In this document: positions 54,050 through 64,000 of the stretch, in pieces
Layout of the letters: every line of letters begins with the position of its first letter
Numbering within the stretch: position 1 is the stretch's first letter
Source: Stegostoma tigrinum
Taxonomy: Eukaryota
NCBI RefSeq assembly: GCF_030684315.1
Contig: NC_081396.1
Coordinates: 5,642,001 to 5,706,000, forward strand
Direction of reading: 5' to 3'
DNA length: 64,000 bases
Notes under the pieces: model-generated
Told to the model about the DNA's origin: nothing
Seen by the model: only the letters and a program-made list of their open reading frames with translations
Databases searched by the model: none
Translations under genes and position numbers: made by a program

Positions 54050-55308
54050 GCTTGGGGGGTGGCTTGGTACATTTGCATAGTGCCCAGGATGTAGCCTATA
54101 AAATCTTCTGGGTTAGCCTTTTGATCAGGGGCCCTTGACATAAATAAACACATCTTTTGTGGCTTCCAAGGGGTGTAGACTTGCATTGCACTTTGACCCC
54201 CTTGTGTTGGGCTCGGGTGAGGGACCGTGCGATTAGGGAATTGCCGGTGCTTTTTTTCTTCTCGGGGTCCTTCTTTAGGGGATGGCTATTCGAGGGTCTC
54301 TTCCAAACTCTGTCCTCACATTCACTATCCTCTGCATGTGAGTTGGGGCGATCATATTCTTCGCTACTTGTGGAGTCGCCAGGAAACAGTATACAGGTGT
54401 TAGAGGGTCAAGGAGGCTGCACCCGGGACTTATATCTTCCTAGGCTTCTCTTCTGGGTTTTAAAAGGATCCTGTCGTCCCTCCTTTTGTTCACTAACGGT
54501 CTGGTCTGCGTCCTGTTTCCTGTTTGTCTGTTTTGTTTTAGATCTGGAACGACAGGAGATAGGGTCTGTACAAGCCGTGGGCTTGTCAGGGGATCCATGT
54601 GGGCTGACTACTGAAGGGCTTGGAGATTCTATGGGAGGTTTAGTTTGGTCAGCGTACGGTAGCGGTTGCTGGGACTGATGGCAGTGTTGGGGTGCCTGCA
54701 GATGTAGATTGGCCAAGGACGGGTAGGGTTGAGGAGGGGGTAATGGTCCCGATAGGGCGGAGGGATGCATTCCCCAGTCCTCCTCCTCTTGCTCATCTGT
54801 GTCATTAATTTGGAACAACATCGGCATGCCAGATATGTCAGGAGGTACCTCCGATTTTTTGTTTTCTGTCAACGCGGCCTGCCACTCTAGCCCCAGTTCT
54901 TTGTCTCGTTGTTGTCTCTCCTGCCTTTCTTGGTTAACTCTTTCCCTTTCATTCGTCTCATGATACACACACTGCAGTTTTAAAACTTCCCAAGTTTTTG
55001 GTCTCCCCTCGTTATCACAGGCACTGATCCCTCTCCAACGTGCATTATCCACCCAGCTGGCCAGTTTTGATTTTTCAGTCAGCTCCTCAGCTCTCTTTCT
55101 CCAGAATGACATTAAGCCTTTCCAGTGCCTCTTCTGCTTTAGTGCATAGATCTATATCCCACGTTCCCCCCAGTGGCCAATTCTCATTTCCCAATCTTTT
55201 GTTTAAGCATGCTGACAGACGTCTGTACGGTACTTCATTTACAGGATCATCCCGGCATAATCGATGTAAAGTCATGCCGACACCCGACTTATCCAGTGTT
55301 TGTCCCAT
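54050..55308 (-). pseudogene. gag: Retroviral gag (frameshifted, truncated)
   Basis: MGQ myristoylation start, WPLGGTWD matrix motif, Pro-rich region (PLPPPQPYPSL); position just downstream of the PBS/leader. Confidence 0.75.
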
Positions 55309-55888
55309 TTTTTCCTTTGCTTTTTTTTTATATTAGCACTTTCACTTTTTACTATCTCTAAATACTACAGCAGTGTCCTTAGTCTCGAAACCCACTTCAG
55401 GGTCCTGACCTTCACTTGGGGGATTTTCCCTCTTAACAACCGGTCTAAAGCAGGGTGGTTGAAACAGACACTGTAACTACACTGTACCTAGTTCATATAC
55501 TAACCCACTCCCTCTTTCCTCTTGCCCGACACAGGGTTTCACCCCTGGTCACCGGAGGAAATCTATCCTCCCGGGTTTTAAAAATTACCAGTTATCTGAC
55601 CTGAACGTTTGACTCGAACCTCCCGGATTTCTTTATTCAGTTATCTGACCTAGAGACTCGAATCCCGGCTACTGGGGGACTCGAACCTCCAGGCGTTAGG
55701 ATTTATCAGTGTTCAAGACCGTGAGTTGTCTCGGGTTCCATCAGTACAGAGCCACGCATGGACGAGAGGTCGCATGGTGGCAGGTTAGTGAGAGAGATCA
55801 AGGTAAATCATACCTTGCGGGCCCGTCCGTCTCACTCCACCGACACTCGAACGATCACTTTTTCAGCCCTCCACGTGATACTGTTGGA

Positions 55889-55906
55889 CCCCTACTCGTT
55901 GCGCCA
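55889..55906 (-). other. Primer-binding site, tRNA-Ser-like
   Basis: TGGCGCAACGAGTAGGGG 2 bp inside the 5' LTR; resembles the complement of a vertebrate tRNA-Ser 3' end (tRNA identity from memory, unverified). Confidence 0.65.
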
Positions 55907-55908
55907 AA

Positions 55909-56688
55909 TGTCAAGTTTGTTTTCGGAGACCTTCACGGACTTGCTGCAATAACAAGACACTGACCTGTTTAGAAAAACACAAATCCTTTTATTACCAAGC
56001 AAGTGCAAGCTGTCCAGAATCACTGTACTCAACCCGGCACAGAGTGCAGAGTCTCGCAAGTAATTCTCCCTGAGCAGTCCCCGCTTTTCATACTTTTCAA
56101 AAGACATGATACAGAAAACAGTTTCACAATTTACAAAATACATGATTCATGAAACAATTACTACAACAGACAAAAACATGATACCAAGCAATTATTACAT
56201 CAACAACATAAAAGACCAGGATATAGTATCGATTGCTAGTGAAGTAGATGCTAATGGCAGGAGGGGATTCCGAGTTGTTGTCCGGGACAGATTCTGATTT
56301 CAAGTTGCCAGTGTGCCTGGCTAGAACAAAGTCAGTGCCCTGGCCCCTTTGTCAGCGGCAGAAGTTGCATGCTTTAGAGGTTTCACACCTTTACAAATTT
56401 TCCACACCTAACCCTATTTGAAACAGTTTGATTCTAATTTTAATTCAGTCAGGAAGCTTAAGACAGTGTCTGTATACAGATGTGTGAGAAGGTAAGGAGT
56501 TCCAATAGCTTTACACTGAATTCCTAGCTGGGCAGGAAGCTTCAGGGCAGTGCCTGCATACCTATGTGTAGGTAGATAAGAGTTTACTTCTATAAATTAA
56601 AGTCTCTGTATCGGGATCGAATGCAGATAAAAGACTTTAATTTATAGAAGTATGTACATCAATGGGATGTTATCACATTAACATCTCA
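55909..56688 (-). repeat. 5' LTR
   Basis: TGTCAAGT...CATCTCA. Confidence 0.93.
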
Positions 56689-56924
56689 CTGGCCTTTGCT
56701 AGTCCTTCTCCATTTGAGCAAATGCACTGCAGTAGTTTTAGAAGGCGCTAACACATCCACATATGGTATCAACATGCGGTGGCCATGTAAGTGACAGTAA
56801 GATCACATGAATGAAATGAATCAGAGCATTGGATTTCATTGACTGATGACTCTAGGTTGGCATTATGAACTCAGACCAAATGCCTTCTCCTGTTCTTTAA
56901 AGAGAGAATGCGTATCATGGCTCT

Positions 56925-58270
56925 GAGATGGTAGGAACTGCGGATGCTGGAGAATCAGAGGGAACAAGGTGTCGAGCTGGTTGAACACAGCAGGCCAAGC
57001 AGGATCAGAGGAGCAGGAAAGCTGATGTTTTGGGCCTAGACCGTTCTTAAGAAATGGGGGAGGGGAAGCGGGTTCTGAAACGGATGGGGGAAAGGGGGAG
57101 GTGAATGGAAGATGGATAAAGGAGAATATAGGTGGGGAGGAAACAGGCATATCAAAGAGGCGGGGTTGGAACCAGTAACAGTCAGTGTAGGTGGGCGTTC
57201 GGGAGGTGAAAAGTCAACCCAGGCAGGACGTTCAGTTGAAGGAGGCGGGAAGAGGCTCGGAGGAAGGAGATGGAGGTGGGTCTTGAGGTGGGAAGAGTGG
57301 ATGGGTGGGAGGAAGGACAGGTTAGGGAGGCAGGGACAAGCTGGGCCAGGTTAGAGATGCAGTTGTTGTCGGTGGAGGGGGAAAATTTCGAAGCTTGTGA
57401 AGTCCTCACGTAACAAACCACCACCGTCCGTAGGCAATGTATCATCTTCTGGCACTTCCGCCATCTGCAATTTGGCCCCACTACCAAAGACATATTTCCC
57501 TCCCACCCATATCTCCTTTCTGGAGGGACCACTCTCTCCGTGACTTCCTGTCCGCTCAACACTCCCCAGCAAACCCACTCCCACTGACAATGTTCCTCCT
57601 GCTTCTCCTGTCCCTACATCTCCCCACTCATCCCTATCCCAGGCCCCAAGAAGACCTTCCACATCAACCAGATGTTCACTTACACACCTACTAATGTGGA
57701 ATACTGTATCCTCTGGTCCTGATGTGGCCTTCTCTACATCAAGGAAATAAAGTGGGGCTTGGGGGCCTCTTTGCAGAACACCTCCACTCGGTTCACGACA
57801 AATGAATACACCTCCCAGTCGTGAATCATATCAACTCCATCTCCCACTCCTTGGGCAAGATGTCCATCCTGGGTTCCTGCAGTGCCACAATGACGCCACG
57901 CGAAGGTTGCAGGACCGGCATCTCATATTCAATTTCGAAACCCGACAGCCCAATAGTTCAACGTGGATTTCAAAATCTTCCCCTTCCCGGACCACATCCC
58001 AAAATCATCCCAGCTCGTCCTGGCCTCGCTAAACTATCCTTCCTCCCACCTATCCACTCCTCCCACCTCAAACCCAACCCCCATCTCCTGCCTACTGACT
58101 TCATCCCGCCTCCTTGACCTTTCCGTCCTCCCTGGACTGACCTATCCCTTTCCTAACTCCCCATCGACACTCACGTTTACCGGGCCCAACCCCGCCGCTT
58201 TGATTTGCCTGTCTCCTCTTCCTCTCCTCTCCTCTCTCCATCTTCTATCTGTCTCCCCATCTTTCCCTAT
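56925..58270. mobile_element. Penelope-like element fragment with inverted terminal portion
   Basis: GIY-YIG remnant (CGLLYIKE) and sequence similar to 34.3-35.1 kb; 57.0-57.4 kb is the reverse complement of 57.97-58.27 kb-type sequence. Confidence 0.75.
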
Positions 58271-59489
58271 TTCTTACAAAATCCCCATGATTCTTCTGAT
58301 TTTTGTTCATCTTTTCTGTTTACTTTAGACTTAAACCGTGAGACAAAATTTGCTTGCTACTTTCTAAATTAGAAGTGTGAAAGCCTGTGAAATTGATTTA
58401 TATCAGATTTGATCATTATGTCGTTACATGACTCCAATCACATAGTTTTAACATGGCTGTGTAGCAAGAGGCTGAGGCGAGATTGGCCTGAGTGAATGCC
58501 TGCCCAAAAGAGGTGAAGTATTCGAGACATATTTTATAATCTACAGTGTGTGGATAGTAGCAAATTTGGTCCAAGTGCATTTTACGGGCACGAGGTACAT
58601 TCAAGGCATCAGAATCCTGCAGAAAGAAATCCTTGCAATCTGTCAAAAATAAACATGAATCTAATTTATAGTAGCTCAGAAATAAATGATAACTTTTAAT
58701 CTTTTCAATTAATGATGGCATTATTGCGAATTGAAGACAAAACCAAGGAGTTTATTTTATTAAAATCTCGTCTGAAAATAGCCCACTACTATGACAAAAT
58801 TTCGACTGTCTTCCAAACAATCCCTGCCAAGACCATATCGTTGAAATGCATTCCACAATGTGTCTGCGATCTGTCAGTCCAGTTGGGTTTCTGAAAGGTG
58901 GTACAATTATTTGTCCCCAACAGAATTTGATGTACGATTTGAAATTTATGGTGAATAATGAAAAGCCTATTGATTTCTAGTTAAACATTCATGGTTCTAC
59001 TGTATGCTCAAGGGGAAATATGGCTTTCAGTAAATTCAGATTATTCATAGGGAACCATATTAGCATTAAATCTATGAATGTTATCAAAATGTCATATCGT
59101 AACATGACTTTACTTAATAAGATCAGTAATTGGATCGCCTCAGTTCAATTTATGAAGGCGCTGAGTGAAATGAGAATTATTGAATTAAAAACTGGCCTGG
59201 TAAACAATTTCGGCAAATAATTGACAAGTTACATTTACATCACAGACATTCTGGGCAATGGTGATTCCCCGAAAAGGGAGAAACTAAAAGTGTCCCTTTG
59301 ACATTTAGTCACAGTAACATAAAAGGCTGAAACATCTGGTATCAACTTCAACATCAGACAGTGATGAGGTCATTCTTTGTTTGTCACAAAGACCAATGAG
59401 TAGTTGTTATAATCTCCCTCTAAATATTGTTGAAGCAAAACTTTGAATATTTTAAGGCACAGGATTTTTGGTGAGAAAGGAGCTGAGTG

Positions 59490-59715
59490 TGGTAGCACAG
59501 TGGCTCTGTGGTTAGGAGTGCTGTCTAGCAGCAGTAGGGACACGGGTTCGATTTCATCCTCGGGCAACTGTCTGTGTGCAGTCTGCGTATTCTCCCCGTG
59601 TATGCTTGTCGTCTGGGCACTCCGATTTCTGCCCACAGTCCAAAGGTGTGTCGGGTAGGTGGATTGGCCATGCTAAATTGACCTTAGTGCCCAGGGGTGA
59701 TTAGGTTAGGTAGGT
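59490..59715 (+). mobile_element. tRNA-derived V-SINE (HE1-like)
   Basis: Box A/B-like tggctctgtggtt / gggttcgattt, attctccccgtgt, ggattggccatgctaaattg. Confidence 0.8.
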
Positions 59716-60077
59716 TAGACAGAATCATACTGGATAGAATACGCTCCCTATCCCATGATTGCTGACCGCTTCAGAGCGGTTTGCCATTGTTCCCACTGTA
59801 GTTGCTTTTTCTCCATCTGCTGCACTTCCTGCCTGTTTCAGCTGCTGACCATTATCCAAATGAAAGTTGGTGTTCAATCACAAACTGTTATGGCAGTGCA
59901 TTTCACATCGTGAGAAGACAATGTACAAAACAAATATCACTTCAGCTTCTCATGAGTTAATATTTCGATGAAAGAATAATAGATTCAATGAAGTTAATTG
60001 CCACAAAACCAGAAGAGTTCTGGTTCCCCGTGTGAACAGTGACTGATTAATTCATGCTGTTCAATGTCATCCCACAG

Positions 60078-60387
60078 GTTCCAGTTCCCTGGTGTCTCGG
60101 AGTCTGACCCAACAAACCTCTGTTGCCTGTGACATGTTAGCTTTAAGTTGCAAATGTTCAGGACTCTGTCAGTACACACTTTATTGCTGTCATCAATCCC
60201 CAGGACAGGCTCCGAAATGCTTGTTTCAGACACAGACTTCAGCAGAGCAGAATAAATACATTGCTGCTGGAAGAAGAATTTCTGCTTCTATTGATCCTGT
60301 GGCAAACATCTGTTGGTTAATGATCTCGCAAATGCAACCAAGTGATTCCATTTTGTATTATTGTGCACTCAGTTGTCCCTCAGCCTA
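60078..60387 (+). pseudogene. Leaderless supporting TCR-delta V, copy 3 (open frame, conserved Trp lost, 10 Cys)
   Basis: Acceptor cccacAG 60076-60077; SLVSRS...LSCKCSGLCQYTLYCCHQSPG...SDSILYYCALSCPSAY; RSS CACAGTG(60388)-23-TCCAAAACC. Confidence 0.82.
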
Positions 60388-60606
60388 CACAGTGATACTA
60401 AACGTGGAGAAAGCTGCTCCAAAACCTGAACATGGTCGAGATCCAGGCACAGTGATATAGAGCACGGAGAGAGCTGGACATGAACCTGAATATGGTTCAA
60501 TGGAAGACATAGTGATACAGAGCATGGAAACAACTGCATAGAAATCTGAACATAATAGGTTCACAGACACAGTGATATGGAGGACACAGAGAACGCTACA
60601 GATGTT
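60388..60606 (+). repeat. Tandem array of 4 RSS units, exact 60-bp period
   Basis: CACAGTG 60388, CACAGTG 60448, CATAGTG 60508, CACAGTG 60568; nonamer-like words at 60418, 60478, 60538, 60598. Confidence 0.92.
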
Positions 60607-61330
60607 TAGGCGAAGATCTGCAGCTCGGGTCGTGGCTGGATTTGTTCGTTGGTTCACCGAGCCGAATGGTTTTCATGCAAATGTTTTGTTACCCCAGGTA
60701 GATGATTTCCTCACCAGTGCGTAGCCTCTGTTGAGGCGCTATGTTCTGTTCCAAACTGAACCTTTCTGGTCCAGGCTGTTATGCTGATTAGTTCTGTTAC
60801 TAGTTTTGTTACATAGTGGTATGTGGACATCTTCATTCGCCAATGCCTGTCAAATAAACAACACCAAGAAGACACTGTATGCCCCAACACACTGGCCACG
60901 CGACCCGATATTACAATCAGATAGGAACTCACTGCAAGATTCCAGCGACTTATTGGGACAATGATTGTACACCAAAGCCAACGGCCACACTTCACTTCTC
61001 AAAAATGAAAGACCTCATACGCACAATGACCAGGGCAAATACAAAATATGCAGTAACTGCAAGAAGAAATACAAAGGCAGGAAACTTGACACTACGATAT
61101 ATGTACACAAATTTGCTTCAGCACAGCACGACGAACTCTCCCTCCTTTCCATTCACTCCGACAAAGAAGGACATCAATTCAAAAGGGACAACACTACAGT
61201 ATTCGGGCAAGCAAAGCAAAGAAAAACACAAGAAATCCTAGAAGCCTGGTTTTCAATCATTGGTACGAGAAACGAACATTTGAAATCGACCCCATCTACA
61301 TCCATCCAGATACAGGGCTATCCAAAATGA
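60606..61330. mobile_element. Degenerate Penelope-like fragment
   Basis: YKICSNCKKKYKGRKLDTTIYVH..HSDKEGHQFKRDNTTVFGQAKQRKTQEILEAWFS, same family as 19.3 and 36.7 kb. Confidence 0.7.
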
Positions 61331-62189
61331 CAGATCGGACCATACTCTCTGCTCTGCCATTTCGTCTAATGGTCACTGATCTACTCATGGTTGATGGATG
61401 ATGTCTGTGTGAGTAAAGTTCCAATGAGAGTTAAGAAACTCGATGTCATCTGTTTCAAAAAAACACACAGCTTGATGTGCACTGCACCCAGAAACATGCA
61501 CTCCTGACATAACAGACACGCAACAGCAGAAGGATGTACCATCCAGATGATACATTGTAGAGACATAGAAAATCGGGACCTGAATGAACTTCTCTTAGTA
61601 CAGGAATTATTTTCAGAATAAACGCAAATCATTTGAATTATAGATCTGTCTCTCTCTTAATTAGTGAGTTACTGGTCCTCATTATTAGTTTGCTTACGAT
61701 TGTCAGTTTAATATATCAATACTTTACAATGGCAAAGTAATATTTTACTAGCTCTATCTCCTTCGCTGTTACATGTTCTTATTGGAGCCGAAGCTAACGC
61801 TGGTGCTTGACTGCTGATTGATCCACATTGTTGTTGTATTCTATGTAAGTTGTTACACTTATAAGTACACCGTTTTCCTCTTACTGTTTCACCAGGCCTT
61901 GATTGTCATTGGATGAGAATGTGCCTCTTTGATGAACAGACTGAGCACACAATGAACATATACACAATGTTTGATGAATGGTTATGTCATAGCAATGACC
62001 CCGGAATGAGCTACTCCCTCTGTTTATGTCATATTTTCTGCCTTTCCACACTTATTGCTCAAACTGTCCGCTTATTTATTTCCAGCAGATTGAATGCTAA
62101 CTCAGCTAGTACTATGACAGCTGAGTTATTGTTGATGCTTCACTTCGTTTAATCATTTCTGTCATTTTTGCACATATTAGTCAACACCT

Positions 62190-62517
62190 TGAGTTGTTAA
62201 TGGGATTTCTATACTTCTAAAAATTAAAGTCTTTTATCTGCCCACACACAGGTGTGCCGGCACTGCCCTGAAGCTTACTGCCCAGCTAAGAATTCAATGT
62301 AAAAACTTTTGTAACTCCTTATCTTCCCACACATCGGTTTGCAGACACTGTCTTAAGCTTCCTGACTGAATAAAATTAGAATTACACCGTTTCAAGTACG
62401 GTTAAGTAAGGAGCATTTGTAAAGGTGTGAGGCTTCTCAAGCATGTAACTTCTGTCGCTGACAAAGGGGCCAGGGCACTGACTTTGTTCTAGCCAGACAC
62501 ACTGGCAAATTGAAATC
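62190..62517 (+). mobile_element. Partial solo LTR of the same ERV family, opposite orientation
   Basis: Reverse complement of LTR segments (aattaaagtcttttatctg, gacactgtcttaagcttcctgactgaat, aaaggggccagggcactgactttgttctag). Confidence 0.85.
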
Positions 62518-64000
62518 GCTGATGAAGGGTCTAGGCCCGAAACATCAGCTTTTGCGCTCCTGAGATGCCGCTTGGCCTGCCGTGTTCATCCAGATTCACA
62601 CATTTTTATCTTGGAATCTCCAACATCTGCAGTCCCCATTATCTCTGATCACAATTTTATCTTCGTTACTTATTTACTGGATGAGGGCTTCACTCACTGG
62701 GCAGAATTTATGGCCCATTCCCAACAGAAGCCATTTAGTAGTCAACCACATTGTTGTGGAACTGGAGTCACGGAATTCAGAAAGGATGGCAGTTCCCTTC
62801 TCTAAAAGACACCACTGAGCCAGTTATCTGTTTCAGACAATCAATTCATAGTCACCAAAAGGCTATAATCCCAAATTAGCCTTTTTTGTTGAATTCAGAT
62901 TCCACCACCTGCCGTACTAGGGTTCAAAACTGGGTCTGAACATATGGTCAGGCTGTTTGGATTGACAGCCTAGGGATTATGCGACTAGGCCAATCTCTCC
63001 TCTAATCACCTAGCAATCCCTTATGAGTACCAATTCCAGTCAGTGAGAATAGGACCACAGAATACAGTGGATTTAGTTCAGACACCTGCGACTTGTTCAG
63101 CCAATGATGCATCGGATGTGTTTGAGATGAACCCGAAGTGAAGAGCGAAGGAGAATAGCGCCACAAGCTGCGGATTGAAGACATTCAACTTCCATCAGCC
63201 ATCCAGCTCAATAATGATGCTCGTTTGAAACTTTTAAGCAAAGATATTTTGTCTTAGAAAGTGCTTTACAAGATCAAATAGAGCTAAAAGTGACCATCTA
63301 CAATCAAGTACTGCTGTGAAAGTTTGTTCATTTTCAAACACTCTATGTGGGGACTGCTGAAACATCTCGACAGTTTCTATTTTTTTTTCTTAACGAAGGG
63401 TTTCCAATAGTTATTGGACAATAACTTGAGAGGGTTAGACAAGAAATTTGCTGAAACCGAAAGAAATTGCGAACATTGCAAAATATTTTTTAAAAAAACA
63501 AACTGGCATAGACGAAATGGTTAGAATGATCTGTTATTGTTTTGTGTTATGTCGTGATTTCACTTTAGAAAGCTTTGTCACCAGCATTCCGAATCAGCCA
63601 AGCCAAATTCTACTTATTCAATTGAAAGTGCTCTCTAACTGCAGAGATTGGAAGTCTACCTAGGCCTCTTTTGACCTCTCTCATACTGTGTTTCTGTAAT
63701 ATCATATTGATCATATTGTCTTCACAGGGAAAAAAGTATGCACTTTAAATTCGGATGTAGAGATAAGTTAATATCATTCCCCACAAAGTTTGCATGAGTA
63801 GTTTTACGGTTCTGTTCTGACACTCTGTGGCTCTTGAAGTCCCTCAACATTGAATAATTTTCTGAATTGATTTTTCATTTTAAGCTGCTTCCATCAGTAT
63901 TTCATGGGCATAGTGGACCAGCTGTGTCCGTGGTGTGTCCGGCAGCCATATGCATTGGTTATTCCTGTAGTGATATGAATATACTTTTGTCCATAGGATC

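Larger units (their letters stand above)
49153..56688 (-). mobile_element. Defective endogenous retrovirus (class I / epsilon-like), LTR-gag-(partial pol)-env-LTR
   Basis: Direct TG...CA repeats 49153-49938 and 55909-56688; PBS next to the right LTR; polypurine tract (rc of ttccctcatttt) next to the left LTR; gag, RNase H/integrase and env peptides on the minus strand. Confidence 0.93.

Noticed and set aside
58400-59350. Short ORFs between the ERV and supporting V copy 3, checked as a possible NAR V-D-J
   Set aside because: No Ig motifs, RSS pairs or J donor found.

Overview
Eukaryotic, AT-rich genomic DNA from a cartilaginous fish (shark; inferred from NAR-TCR gene structure and repeat families), covering part of the variable-segment region of the T-cell receptor alpha/delta locus. 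It contains one complete germline NAR-TCR cassette: leader, IgNAR-like V (23-RSS), D (12/12-RSS) and J (23-RSS) at 31.2-32.5 kb, followed by a leaderless 'supporting' TCR-delta V with a CDR1 cysteine at 39.4 kb. Two further leaderless supporting V-delta exons lie at 1.8 kb and 60.1 kb. Eight other TCR alpha/delta-type V segments, mostly defective, lie in both orientations. Also present: three GPR139-like GPCR pseudogenes, a ~10 kb segmental duplication (1-9.85 kb vs 37.7-48.3 kb), a defective 7.5 kb endogenous retrovirus with an inverted RT fragment, Penelope-like elements in hairpin configuration carrying hammerhead-ribozyme motifs, SINEs and CR1 fragments. The most unusual observation is that each of the three supporting V-delta exons, and no other V here, is followed by a tandem ~60-bp minisatellite whose repeat unit is the 23-RSS itself (heptamer-23-nonamer plus ~21 bp). 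All assignments were made by eye from motifs; no database search was run.
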